64,000 nucleotides of DNA from the human T2T-CHM13v2.0 reference genome, Homo sapiens (GCF_009914755.1 NC_060936.1), one strand, 5' to 3'. Positions 43,700 to 58,040 are shown, numbered from the stretch's first letter. The notes: a model not told the origin generated them from the sequence alone. Made by a program: numbers and translations.

Positions 43700-43960
43700 T
43701 ATTTTAATTTCTGTTTATTTTGGGCTGCATTGAAGATAACATTGTTCTAAGACTGGACTGGGTTACTGATTTTTAAGCAATAAACAAATGGCAAAATTAC
43801 CAAAGTTACTTAGATAAGAAATACTGAGAGAAGGCCTGTTTTGGAAAGAAAGATGATGAATTCAGTCTAGATATATGAAGTTGAGATACATTTGAAATGC
43901 CAACAATGAGATGGAATACATACTGAATGTAAGGCCTGAAGCTCAGCCGAGAGTTCTAGA
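43700..43960 (-). mobile_element. L2 fragment
   Basis: aagatgatgaattcagtctagatatatgaagttgagat...gcctgaagctcag. Confidence 0.5.
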
Positions 43961-46454
43961 GAGATGGACCAACAACAGGTCAATAAACGAAACTTAGGGC
44001 CAAGAGAAGAATCCAGTATTTCCACCTCATGGCAGGAATTACATAGTCCTTACCAAATTGATATGTAACACAGAGAAAATTTAATTGGTTTCTAGACTGT
44101 GCTTATACTATAGTGATTCTTAATAATTATACCCAAACTTCTGTTAAAGCCTTGAAAAAACCTTTAGAAAATGAAGGAGAAATAACAAATTCCATAAGTA
44201 AAGAGACAAAAAAAAAAAAAAAAAAGGAAAGTGGCTAGGATCCATAGGATTCAACACAAAAATATATACTGAAAATTCAGAGGTAAAAGGAATGTAGTGA
44301 GATGTAACCATGGAAATTTAAGATTCTAGTTACCCTTAAAAATCTTTTGAGAGAAGGTGGACAATGAATTTCATGTAAGTTACAGGATTAAATACTGAAG
44401 CTGTTTTATTTTAAAATTAAAATTATGAACCAATAAAGATAGAGAATTGGGGACATTTTATTTACACATTTTAAAAGGAAAAAAAGGCAATCTAGATGTA
44501 AGGGAAACAGAGAAAGTCACAAAAAACTTGAAGCATATACCATGAGAAGGTCTCCAAAATAATCACATATGGTGAAAGCCTGGGTTTTAAGGTGAAAGCA
44601 CAGTACTAGGGTGACAAAAATTTGCCAGTTAAGTAATTAAAAATATTATTTTACTAACAACAAATGTCACTTGCTACTCTTTAAGCTCCAAGAGATTTTG
44701 TCTGAAAGATCCTCGGTTCTTAGAAGCATGATTGGTTTAAGTAGCTGGCACTCATTAAATGCTTCTTGAATTAATATGGGTATATGGATGAAAACACACA
44801 AACACACACATACAGGAATATATAAAGAGAGAGAATTACACTCCTTTGTTCTTGCTATAGATTATAAAAGCTGCTGTTAGAAAGGCCCATACTGGAAAGA
44901 GGACAGGAGAAGAAGAAACCCTGTAGGAGTAGTGAAAACCATACAAGTAGCACATTGTCTTGAACCAGACAATCCTCTAAGGATTGTATTAGTAGTTAAC
45001 AATTCACTGGCAGTTTTAAGATATTTGTGCACTGAAAGCTACAACTAAACTAGTAAGCACTGACAATGCTGTGAGGGTGATGGAATAAGACCCATCTTCT
45101 AAAATGGCTGGTGTCGATTTGGGAATTTAGCGGCTATGTTCAAGCAGAATTGATTTTTCTCTTATCGTGTCTGCCCTCTGCTGAAGACATAGGGTGCCAA
45201 TGGAGAATTAATCATATATTCTGATATATAACATTGAAACTTTTATTTTTAATTAAAATTCAAGTAGCTAAAAGTGGATACAGTAGACAGTTGGACAGAC
45301 TATTTGGCAGAAGCTGTGTTCTAGAAAAAAAAAGATAGAGAAACAATTTCTCTACATGACTGCTTTGGAGCTCTCTTCTCTCAGCCATTCTTGGTGCGTA
45401 AAGTGAAACTTTACCCCAAATGCATACTATTTGGAAACAGAAAAAGCTTTTTTTGTTGAAGGATACAATGGAAAATGCATAAATCAACCTTCTCTATTTG
45501 GATGACTTTGGTAATTTGCATTCATCTGTTTAAAGAGAGTTGTCTTTGGAGACTTCTTATTTTTACATAAAAATTACACTCAGCATCTCCCAGCTTCTTT
45601 TGTTCACTAAAATTAGATTTGCTCACTTATGCAATTCACAGGACCTAATTTGTTCAGAGGGAAGTCACATGCTATTTACAGCATGTCCTTTCTCACTTAC
45701 CTTCCTCAAAAAAAAATTAATAATATGGCAGCTCCCCTTCCGTGGCACAGTGCAAGTGCTGGTGATTCACGGGGTGCGCTCCTGTGGGCAAAAGGCCACC
45801 TCTCTATTACAAAACAGAAATGAAAAATTGGCAAAAAAAAAAAAATAAGATTTGCAAGTATCATGGGATTTTGTGAGAGTAATTACACTGGCTTTCAATA
45901 TTAATGAACTTTTGGAGGACCATCCATGAAGCAGTCCATTGAATCTTCAGCTTCAACCATTCTAGTCCTGTGTCTTTGCTGATAATGGAGTCCTAACTGT
46001 ATACCAATGCTGAAAAACTCAAAGACTGCTCTCGTTATCATAACTGTAGTGCAGTATTCTATCCGCTGAATGTATAACCACACTCTAATTTGGAAAAGTA
46101 TTAGCAGGGCATTTGCAGAGGGAAGTGTGTTTGCTATGCTATATGAGATTCTCATATATTGATATATATGAGAATATATCAAGAGATGATCAGAAATGAA
46201 CAGTGTATGAACAGTAAATACATATTTTTAAGATGGTGTATATAATTCCTCTACTGTGCTTTATGAGCCTTTAAAGCATATCACCTGCTAAAATAAAACA
46301 GGCTATTTTTATATATGCCTGTTTTTGTCGCTTGCATGGTGTGTAAACTTGAGAAAATTATAATAGATATTTCTAAGCTTCAGTTTTCTAACCATAGAAG
46401 AGGGATAATAGAATATGCTACAGAGCATTTGTGAGGGCACCAGTGACAAACCAT

Positions 46455-46635
46455 CAGAGCCAGCTTCGTGGACATGGGAACTGCCTACACACACAGCACA
46501 GCACCCTGTGCTTAGAGGAGCCCTGCAGTTAGTTTAATGCTCTCCTGTTGCTCTATGGAAATTCTTAATAATGTTTGAATAGGGCCCCCCAATTTTCATT
46601 TTCCACGGGGCACATAAATTACATAGTTCTTTCTG
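46455..46635 (+). mobile_element. MER45A (hAT-Tip100) inserted in a MIR (~46360-46690)
   Basis: cagagccagcttcgtgg...gtttaatgctctc...gaaattcttaataat...ttttcattttccacgggg...aaattacatag. Confidence 0.75.
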
Positions 46636-49419
46636 CAGTTAATAAGTCGTCTGGCCCAGTGATTGCCATATGTTAAGTGTTCAATATTTATTAGTGTCGT
46701 ATTTGCCCTCCTCCTAAATGTGCAGGGTCAAAGTCAATCAAAGGGTCTACTGCTTTATACTGGTTTCTCACACTCTTAGGCTCTGGAAATCAGTTTGTTT
46801 CATTTCCTCCTCTTGGCCGCCTTTTCCCACATTACGTTTGAGGTCACATTTCAGTACTGGCTGCACATTATCTAACAATTTACTAGGCCCACATGACCTC
46901 TTTCCTGGGCCTATAAAGAACCTCATTTAAAGCCTTTGGGAAATAATCACTTGATCACTTTTCACAGTGAGGAACTTGCCCTTAGGGCTAGATTGAAACA
47001 GAAAGTTAAGAAAACGGCTAATGGTGCATTGGGATGTAGTTTTAGTTTGGGTGTTCAGCTCAAATCTAGGTTTTTTTTTTTTTTTTTTTAATTGCTTTGG
47101 GTCTGGTGTCAGGTCTGGGCTTTGGAAAACCAAATCACAGAATATCTAGTTTATGTCCGTTCTAGCCCCTGTGAACTATATTTCATCATTGATGGTACAA
47201 TCACGTAGGTACTTTTATAGCCAATTAGTATACTAGTGTCAACAATAAAAGCAAGTGTGACATTTTATATATAGTTAATATCTGAATATGCATATTCAAA
47301 TATAGGCAGGTATTCCAGATCAAATTGAAAGTAAAACTAGTTCTAAGGTACTTTTTGCATTGACATTCTACTAGTTATTGGTTATATATGTTTACTTTTA
47401 ATTATAATAGAAAATGCTACAATAATTCACAGGGGTGAAGTTGTTAATTGTATGTTCAAAAACAATTAAGGACTTTGAAATAGATAAATAGTGAAATGAG
47501 AGTTAATGTGAATACTAAGAAAGTGAATTATATAAAAATCTTTAGAAAGATTATATACTTTTGAGCCAACAAATGTTTATGTAATTTAGATAATACTAGA
47601 AAAAAATAAAAATTAGATTATCTCATGATTTTTATTGTTATGTAACTAGGTGTAATAACATTATTAACTTTAAACAACATATAAACTCTACACATTTTAG
47701 CTAGTTATTTATACTTAGAGTATGAATCTTTCTAGAAAACAGTTATAACTGATAGTTTTTTAAAACATCTTATGAGGATAAAAAGCAAAGAACCAACTTT
47801 CAGTCTCAAAATTTCATTGAGAAGAAAATCCTAAATCATTTAAAAGTAACATTCATGACAAATCATCTTTGAGTCAGATATAATGAACAGCATAGAGAGA
47901 ATGAAGAAAAATGAAAGTGGCATAGAAAAATTAGATACCTCAAGCAGATACCAGCTCTCACTAATAACCTTCAAAAGAGTATATTTAATAGAAATGCATC
48001 ATCTTACTCGTCATCATTTTAGAAGTAGAATAAAATTGCTTAATTAAATAGAAGACTGAAATGATCTTAAAGTTCTCTTAGTTTAGTTTTGTTGTTGTTG
48101 TTTGTATTCAATGCCTTTATTGCAAAATAATGTTGCACAATAGTGGATGCTGACAGAGCAAGCCAACAAAATACTTTTCTTCTCTACCAAATTCATTTGC
48201 AAATGAGCATTTATTTAGAATGGCAAATGTGCAGCACATTGATCTAAGGAGTAATCTCAGCTAATGGTACAAATAAATATTTGCTCCTCTACTTCATTCA
48301 AATATTGACATTTTAATATTCTTTGTGGTTAAAATTGTATTAAAATTAATAATTGTGAATACCAACAATTTATTTTATTGTGATAATATTTTTAACACTG
48401 GGTCTTTTGGCATTTGGCCAAAATATATATTCTGGATACAAATACCCTGCAAAATAAGAAACGTTAAAAAGTTACAAAGATGGCAACGTTGATAGCATAT
48501 TTCCTTGATTATAATTCTCTGTTAGACCTGTTACATGGAAACCCCTGTTGGACCTTTGTTTTTGAATTATATCTGAGAGTAAAGCTCCCACTCAGTCATT
48601 TCCTCAGTCATTTATAATGTTAATTTAATTATATTTTATTTTAGACCTTATATTATGTATTTAAACCTTTTTAAGATTGGATACATTTTTTCTTACTATA
48701 ATAACAATTGCCTGAGATTGGAAAACATTATAATATTAATAGCATTTTACAATAATATCACAAAATAGTATTAGTTTTTTGTAATAAAATATTAAACCTT
48801 CATATTTTTGTATAAATTTGAAAAAATAATTTTCATCAACAAATTAAATTTTTAAATTTATGTAGATATAGCTTAAAAATCCTTTATGTTATTTTGAAAA
48901 TTTGAAATTTTCAAAAAACACGTAACAGCAAATGCATTTGTTTTTAATAACTGAAAGCATTCATCTCTCTTTTCTCTTATTATTTTTTTTCTCTCCCACC
49001 CAACGTTAAAACAAATGGACTCATACTCATCATATACCTTATTTGAGGGAGATAATTTATATATAAATTTATACAAGCACACACATGTATATTTAATATA
49101 TGTTGTAAATAAACATGTTTATTAGGTGCATTAAATTTCTCATTTTACATATAAATTCAAAAAGAAAATGCTTATTTTTTAAAAATACAAATTATTGATA
49201 CACCCCAAATTTGGAGGTCAATGCTAGAAAAACGAAAATGGCTCCCTATTCTTTACTTATTGTTAGATGAGTATAAAAGATAAACACAATAGTTTTTCTG
49301 AGTATTTAACCAGATTATAGAGCTATTGATCCATTAATTCAGTTGTAGAAGAAAATGACACTAAATGTGTGCTATTCTTCCCATGCATTTGTATACAAAT
49401 GAAGTCAGCTGAAACCTAT

Positions 49420-49550
49420 TCATTTATTTTTTGATTCATTAATTCATGCCACCTGTCTATAAGCATTATTCTAGAAGACTGGAGATACAGTCATAACAAA
49501 GAGAGGCAAAATGCTTGATTTTATGGAGCTTACATCATGATATACTGAAT
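49420..49550 (-). mobile_element. L2 3' fragment
   Basis: attcatt...ctggagatacag...atggagcttacat. Confidence 0.55.
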
Positions 49551-50014
49551 GCCATAGACAATAAATCAAGAAGCGGATAAAGCCGTTGGGAAGGGCTTTC
49601 TGATTTGAGGTCCGATTAAAGGCTCATTAGTAACTTTTAAAAAGGGGAAAATGAAAATGACTTGAGAAGGGTAAAAATTTTTAGCATAGCAGATTGTAGG
49701 GAAATTGTAGAAAGATGCTGGGTTAGAGAACATCTTTTGTTCTGCTTTAGTAATGATTGGAGACAGGGAGTTATGGCTTGGTTATGCACATCTAAGCCTG
49801 AAGTATTATCTCAGCAATAGTAAGACAATGACATTGAGAGATGCCATCCGGAGTGACACAGAAAATGGGCCTGCCATGATTAACCCACATCTAGGAATAT
49901 GTATTAGTACCCTAACTCCTAGTTTTTAATTGATTCCAAGACAAAAGATATAATGTTTGTCTTTATTCTATAATGGAAACTAAAATTATGTCTCCATTTC
50001 TTTCTCATGTCCTT

Positions 50015-51655
50015 TAAAAAATTATTGAGATATAATTCACATACCACACAAATAATCTATTGAAAGCATATGATTCAATGATTTTCATATATTCATTCAG
50101 TGTACAACTATCACTACGCTGAATTCCAGAACATCTTTATCATCCCTAAGAAACCATGTACCATTAACAGTCACTTCCATTCCCACCATCCCCAACCTAA
50201 TTTTTGTCTCTATAGATTTGGTTATTCTGGACATTTTATGTAAATGGAATCATGTCATATGTCATCTTTTGTGATTGGCTTCTTCCATTTAGCATAATGT
50301 TTGCAGGGATTATTCATATAACATGCATCCGTCCTTCATTTCTTCTTTTTTTTTTTTTTTTTTTTTTTTTTTGCAGAATAACACTCTATTGTATGGAAAT
50401 ACCACATTCTATTTGCCCTCTCATCAATTGATGAGCATTTGGATTCATTTCACTTTTGACTATAATAAATAATGCTCTTATGCATATTCCTAAACACGTT
50501 TTTCTATGGGCAGTTTTAAAATTTCTCTTGACGTTACACCTAGCAGTGCAATTGTTGGGTTTAACATTCTCAGAAGGTACTATTTTATATTTCCGCCAAT
50601 ACTGTATGAGAATTCTCATTTCTGTTCCTTAGCAAATTAGCACAGTAACAGAAAACTAAATACCACATGTTTTCACTTATTAATGGGAGCTAAATTATGA
50701 GAACACAAGCACACAGAGAGGGGAACAACACACACTGGGGCCTATTACAGGGTAAAGGTTTGGAGGAGGGAGAGGATCAGAAAAAACAACTAGTGGGTAC
50801 TAGGCTTCATACCTGGGTGATGAAATAATCTCTACCAGGTGAAAAAAAAAAGCGTTCTCATTTCTTCATACCACCACCAAGATGTATTTTTATCTATCTT
50901 TTTTACTATAGCCATTCTAGTGAGTGTGAAGTGGCGTATTATTTTAGTTTTGATTTGCATTTTACTAACAGCTGACAATGTTCAGCTTCTTTCCATGTGC
51001 TTTGTGCTTGTTGGACATTTACATAGACTTTCTGGAAAAAAAGTCTAATCAATTATTTGTCTATTTTAATCCTTTGTTGGTCTTTTATTATGGAGTTGTG
51101 TGTTTTTTATGTATTCTGAATGCAAGTGACATAACAAGTACCTGTTTTGCAAATAATTTCTTCTATTCTGTGGTTTACATTTTCACTTTGTGTTTTTTGA
51201 TGTATAAATAATCTTAATTTTTATGAAGCCCAGTTTATTTTTATTTCATTGCTTGAGCTTTTGGTGTCATATCTAAGAAATCACTGCCTAATTCTAATTC
51301 TATGTTTTTTCCCTAAAGTTCCTTATAAAAGTTTTATAGTTTTAGATTTTTGATCTTTTTGAAGTTAACTTTTATATATGATGTGATGTAGGTCTAACTT
51401 CATACATGTAGGCTCAGCTTTAATTGCAGAAAACACTATTACTTCCCCATTGAATTGCCATGACACCTGTCTTGAAAATCAATACTGTAAGTGTTCAGAT
51501 TTTCCTCTGGACTCTCAATTATATAACATCGATATATATGTCGGTATATATGTCACTATGACAGTATATATGTCACTACAACACCGTCTTGTGTCTTACT
51601 GACTCAAGTACTGTCTCACTGTAGCTTTGAAGTTTGTTTGGAAATCAAGAAGTAC
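50015..51655 (-). mobile_element. L1MB-like 3' UTR and ORF2 end
   Basis: tattgagatataattcacatacca; ttccagaacatctttatcatccc; tgtctctatagatttg...attctggacatttt...aatggaatcat. Confidence 0.85.
50624..50850 (+). mobile_element. Short older L1PA (about PA11-PA15) 3' fragment with TSD, nested in the L1MB
   Basis: gggagaggatcagaaaaaacaactagtgggtactaggctt...cctgggtgatgaaataatc. TSD agaattctcatttct / agcgttctcatttct. Confidence 0.85.
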
Positions 51656-52308
51656 TTAGGGGTTAAATTATAGTTGGAAAAAACATTAAGAAGAAGCGAG
51701 GAGAAGGAGGAAGAGAAGAAAAAAGAAAGAGGAGGAAGAGAAGACACTCAAATCGTTAATTTAATTTTCCACCTTACGCTAGAAGAAAAAAGTGCAAACT
51801 GAAGGCAAGGACAGGAAACAATAAAGATTTGAGTGAAAAATAATGAAATAGTAAATGGAAAATAATAAAATTACTTATCAAATTTAATCAAAATTGGTCC
51901 TTTGAAAAGAATGACAAATTTGAAAAATCTTTAGCTAGATTGACCAAAAATGTAATCAAGTTTCTAAAATCAGGAATAAAGGAAGTGATATTGCTACCAA
52001 CCTTACAGAAATACAATAGATGATAATATAATGTGTGTAGTTTTTATACTGACAGATTTCTTAGATGACATGAACAAATTCCTAGAAATACACAAATTAT
52101 CTGAACTGATGCAAGAAAAGCAGAGTAATCAAAAAGACTCATAACAAGAGCTGAAATCAGTAATAAAAAAATTTCCACATAAAAATTTTTCAAGCTCAGA
52201 TGGCTTCATTGATGACTTCTACCAAATACTTAAAGAAGATTTAATAGCAAGTCTTCACAAGCTTTCAAGAAATAAGAGGGGAACACTTCCCAAATTATAT
52301 ACATTGTT

Positions 52309-52490
52309 ATCTCTACTAAAAATACAAAAAATTAGCCAGGCGTGGTGGCAGGTGCCTGTAATCCCAGCTACTCAGGAGGCTGAGGGAGGAGAATTGCTTG
52401 AACCCAGGAGGCAGAGGCATAGTAAGCCGAGATTGGGCCACTGCACTCCAGCCTGGGCAACAAGAGTGAAACTCCATCTCAAAAGAAAAA
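52309..52490 (+). mobile_element. 5'-truncated Alu (Sq/Sp-like), linker and right arm only
   Basis: ctctactaaaaatacaaaaaattagcc...gggcaacaagagtgaaactccatctc. Confidence 0.92.
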
Positions 52491-52726
52491 GTTACTATGC
52501 AAAATTATATATACTTATATAGTTATAAAAGACAGCATAAATGCATATTTTACTTCTTTCTTCTCTTAAATGATTTTTAACAACTATATAAACAACATGG
52601 GTATAACTGTTGTTGAGACTATAACATATAGAAATGTAGCATATTTAGCAATAAAAACATAAAGGAGAGGGTTGGAACAAAGCTGTACAAGTAAATAAAA
52701 AGAAATGGCAAATAAGGTTAATAAAC

Positions 52727-52761
52727 TATGTATATATATGTACATATATGTATGTGTATAT

Positions 52762-52792
<31 letters not shown>
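52727..52792. repeat. (TA/TG)n-(CA)n microsatellite
   Basis: Seen directly. Confidence 0.95.
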
Positions 52793-53363
52793 GTTGTTCT
52801 CCAGTCTTCAGTCAGCATCCTTGAAATACATAAATTTATACAGAGTATAATTATTACTATATTTTTGGTCTGTAAATATGTATAGCAAAAAACACATACA
52901 GGAAAATAAACTAGAGGTATATAGGAGTAACATTTCTATCACTGAAATTAAGTTAGAGGAATTTGAAATAGATTCCAATAACAAAAGAATTATACGATAA
53001 AACGTATAAAACCCACGAAGACAATAACAAAAATATAGTGAAAAATCAATAAAATAATTTAAAACATTACACTAGAAAATGTTCATTTACTGGGGAAAAA
53101 AAGCAGTAAACAAGAACTAAAGGAACCAAAAATGCATGACACATATAGAAAACCATAAAATAGTAAAGATAATCCAACTATATCAATAACAACATTAAAT
53201 GTGAATAGATTTGATAATCCAATTAAAAGACAGGATTCTAGGGATGGATTGTTAAAAGTATGATTCAAATATGTGCTGTCTACAGAAAACAGACTTTAAA
53301 ACTCTTTTTGACAGCAAGTAAAAAGTTGGAAAAAGTTATTTTATGCCAAAAAATAACATGAGA

Positions 53364-53724
<361 letters not shown>

Positions 53725-53851
53725 TTAAGCCAAGAAATGTTACTAGAGATAAAAATAAGCACAACTTACCAGGAAGATATAACAATTATATACTCACCTG
53801 ACATCAGAGCTCTAAAATACATGAAGCAAAAGCTAACAGGTTTTAAGGAAG

Positions 53852-53882
<31 letters not shown>

Positions 53883-53984
53883 CACATATATATATACACA
53901 CATATATATACACATATATAAGTATATATGTATATATGTATATGTATACACATATACGTACGTGTGTGTGTGTGTGTGTGTGTG
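53852..53984. repeat. (CA)n-(TA)-rich-(TG)n compound microsatellite
   Basis: Seen directly. Confidence 0.95.
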
Positions 53985-54055
53985 ATCAACAATACCTGGA
54001 AATCAATATCACACGTTCGGTAAAGGATAAAACAACTAGGCAGAAGATCAACAAG

Positions 54056-56463
54056 TCATGTGCCACCTACTGTCTTCTATCCTCTTTGTCTATGAAGAGA
54101 AGCCAGCTGTTAATCTTCTTAGGATTCCTTTTTATATCATGAGTCATTTTTCTTTTGCTGCTTTCAAAATGTTCTCAATTTTGACTTGCTGCATGTTAAC
54201 TACAGTGTATTTGGTTTTCTATACCTTTGTATGTATGTACGTATGTATGTATGTATGCATTTAGAGGCAGGGTCTTGCTCTGTTGCCCAGGCTGAAGTGC
54301 AGTGGCATGATCTCGGCTCACTAAACCTTCACCTCCTGGGTTCAAGTGATTCTTGTGCCTCAGCCTCCTGAGTACCTGGGATTACAGGCACCTGCCACCA
54401 CCTCCAGCTAATTTTTGTATTTTTAGTAGAGACTCGATTTTGCCCTGTTGGCCAGGCTGGCCTCGAACTCCTGACCTCAAGTGATATGCCCACCTTGCCC
54501 TCCCAAAGTGCTGGGATTACAGGCATGACCTTAAAAAAAATTACAGCATGCAAAATAAATTACGTGCCCAGCCATATTTATTTTACTTAGAATTCTTTGA
54601 GCTCCTTGATGTAGATTAAGGGTTTCTATCAACTTCGGAAGGTTGGCAACCATTAATTCTTTGAATATCTGTGTTTTATGTCTCTGTCTAATAGTCCTAT
54701 TTTACTGCACTTAGTAGTGTCCCACATTTTTCTGAGGTTCTCTTTATTTTCCTTCATAACTTTTATTTCTGTTATTCACATTGCATAATTTCTATCAATC
54801 TGTCTATTTGGCTGATTATTTCTTTGGCTCAAATCTACTGTTAAGCCACTCCTGTAATTTTTTTTTTATTTCAGTGAGTTTTCTTTCTATACATTGGAAT
54901 TTCCATTTGTTTCCTTTTTAACTAATTTTTATTTTTTATTGATATTCTCTATTAGATATTATCTTTTTTACATCTTTAAGCATGATTTTCTTAGATATTT
55001 AAAAATGTTAAAAAATTTATAATGTCTACTTTGAAATATTTTTCTGTTAAATTCAACAGTGGAACTCTCTCACAGCCATTATTATTACCTCTCCCCATGT
55101 CACCTACATTCTGATTGCAAGTTACATTTCTTTTATTGCGTTTCTTGTAATTTTTTATTGAAATCCAAACAATTTAGGTACGTACTGTAACAGTTCTGGA
55201 CACTACTCTTTCTCCTGTATCCAGGGTTACTTCTTGTTGTCATTATTGTCGTGGTTTTCTTGTTTATTTCTTTAGTGATTTCTTTGGACTATTTTAGTGA
55301 AATCCATTTCCTCCTCAAGGTCATGCTACCGATAGTGCTTCTCAGAGGATGTAGCGTTGGGCATATGTACAGTCACCCTAAGATTACAGTAGTTTTAGAA
55401 CCTTTGGCTCTTTCCCTGACCTCTCTGCCTTTTCTGGTACCATACTCAGCTTTTAGGTTCCTTGAATTTGCTGAAGACTGCTTTACTGTGTCAACAATAT
55501 CCTGGGGGTATACATTTCTCCATTGCCTGATTCAATTAAACATGAGCCTCTTTGTAGGAATACTGTATGAGGCCGGTTCAGACTACAAGAGAACATTTAT
55601 TACTTGTCTCTTTCCATGGTTCTCTCTGGCAAACTAGCTTGCCTAGTTTATCTTATTTCTCCAATCGAGATAGCAGATTCCTCTTAATGTTAATTAACAA
55701 AATGTCCTTTTTTTTTTTCTTTTAGAACAACCACTGATTTGATCTTTCCTATTCTGTGTTTCAAATAAAATAAGTTCCCTATATTTGAAGTTCTCTGTTC
55801 CTGTGGACTGTCCCTCCTTCTGGGTAAAATCTCTGAGCTATTGCTCCAAACTTGGGGATAGGAATAATAATCTGCTTCTCAAGGAGCAGGGTGCTCAGTG
55901 GGGACAATAGCTTCTGGTTTTCTAATTTGCTTCTCTTGGAGTGCAACCTCTGCCCAGTGAGTAAGCTCAGGAAAGGGCTATCCAGATCCCTATATCTTTG
56001 CCTACTATCTCTAGGGTCCAGAATCTGTCCTGTGAGTGGGGCCCGGGTGCAGGAAATGAGCCCCAAATTACTTGCCATGCCAGAATGCACATGCCAGGAA
56101 TATAGCCTTTGGAACTTGTACCTGGGATGAAAACAAATGCTGGCAACTTGCTTGTTCCAATAAAAATCATATCCCATGACTAGGAGCTGAAGGATGAAGG
56201 AACCCTGTTTTCTAGGGCACACTCTACCAGCTTCGAGCATCCAGGCACTGAAAGGACAGAAAGAGTTGTCATTCAAATGTCATAGATTCTTGCTATTCTT
56301 ATCAAGATTAAGTAGTTTTTCTCGTTTCTTCATTTGCTGTATGCCATTTGAGCACTTCCAGAGGTATTCAATGGTTGGGTTTAAAAATAATTTTCAAAAA
56401 TTATAGTTGTTTCCTGGATGGGGATATGTTCATGGAGGCCCTCATAATGACATTCTAAAAGTC
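54056..56463 (-). mobile_element. Old L1 (L1M4/L1MB-type) ORF1 and 5' UTR
   Basis: gagaagccagctgttaatctt; ttttcttttgctgctttcaaa; 5'-end motifs ttcttcatttgctgtatgcc...ttccagag...aatggttg. Confidence 0.7.
54229..54573 (-). mobile_element. AluSz-like with (TATG)n tail and an insertion near its 5' end
   Basis: Antisense Alu gacctcaagtgat...gggattacaggcatga [34 nt] cgtgcccagcc. Confidence 0.93.
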
Positions 56464-57639
56464 TTTTTTAAAATTTTTAACTTGTATTTAGGCAGGTTTA
56501 GGAAGAAGCTTACATTGTCTTCTTCCGCTTTTGAAATTGCTATTAAAACCAAGATTCCAGGCTTTTAATTATAAAATATTTATTCTAGGACGGTGGACCA
56601 TTCAGAGAGAAACTAGTAAAGAAGAACTATCATGTCTATCCTAGTTGTATCTACATAGGTTGAGACAATTCAAATTGTGCCTATTTTACTTGATGACACT
56701 GCATAATTATGATAAAAATAATTTTAAAAATAATAAAATTGATTTTAGAGACCACTTTAGATTGACAAGAAAAAAGTGTGGAAAAGGAATTTAGAAATGA
56801 AAGAGAAATAAATATTTTATACCAAGCATTATTATCAGATGGACTTTAGCATTAAGTAGCAAAGAAATAGTGTACTTTCTTACTAGTAAATTTGTTTTAT
56901 AAGTTAACCTTCTAGTATTCCAAACTATGAAATTCGAAATAATAGTGTTATAGGTTACAGGATTTTTCTCCAGATGATGTACTATTGCTAATTTCCTATG
57001 TCACATCCACTCCTCAGAGTCAATCTTTGATCTTCTGCTAGAAAGTTGGGCTCACTTTCACTGTTTTCTCTTGTCTGTCTCTGTCTCTTTCTTTCCTCCC
57101 TTAACACTTTTTTTTCCCCCTATTTATTCTGTTGTCATTTGTTTTTCTCTCTCTTTTTTTTTTTTTAACTCTACACGTTGGCTGTTTTTAATTTTCTTGG
57201 TTTTAAGATCACATTTCAGATTTTTGCCTCTTAAGTTTCTTTGTCTTTTACAGACACTTGAAGAATGTATGTTGGGTTGATATTGATATAAAATACACTT
57301 ATACCTTTAAGGCCACCCATATTTGTGTACTCTGGTTCATCAAATAGGCATTGTTTAACTTCCTTCACCATTAAAAAGAATGTTAACCGAGTTCATTTAT
57401 TTATTTAATCATGTATTCATATTTACTCTTTGCTTTTGCAAACTCTTATTTCTAAAAGAGATAGGTCTCAATTTATAAATCTGTTTTTAGTATAATTTTC
57501 TGTTAGACTTTTTTTTAATATAACATATATTGTCTTCCATGTCACCCTATTTGGTTAACCCAACTATCTTTGACCTGAAAAGTGGTCATTTATGTTCTAT
57601 ATACTCCAAAAGTTGAACAACTAATGGTCAAGAACATTT

Positions 57640-58040
57640 TGTCAGGCCTCTGAGCCCAAGCTAAGCTATCATATCCCCTGTGACCTGCACGTATACATCC
57701 AGATGGCCTGAAGTAACTGAAGAATGACAAAAGAAGTGAAAATGGCCCGTTTCTGCCTTACTTGATGACATTACCTTGTGAAATTCCCTTTCTGGGCTCA
57801 TCCTGGCTCAAAAGCTCCCCGACTGAGCACCTTGTGACCCCCATCCCTGCCCGCCAGAGAACAACCCCCTTTGATTGTAATTTTCCACTACCTACCCACA
57901 TCCTATAAAAACGGCCCCACCCCATCTCCCTTCACTGACTCTCTTTTCAGACTCAGCCCGCCTGCACCCAGGTGAAATAAACAGTCTTCTTGCTCACACA
58001 AAGCCTGTTTGGTGGTCTCTTCTTACAGACACGAGTGAAA
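57640..58040 (+). mobile_element. HERV-H solo LTR (LTR7 family), 401 bp
   Basis: tgtcaggcctctgagcccaagc...cagatggcctgaagtaactgaagaat...cctataaaa (TATA ~57904)...aataaa (57976)...gcctgtttggtggtctct...gtgaaa. No PBS or internal sequence follows. The TSD is not clean. Confidence 0.95.

Noticed and set aside
55251-56406. Cluster of 67-165 aa ORFs on both strands
   Set aside because: They lie in a decayed L1 5' UTR/ORF1 region.
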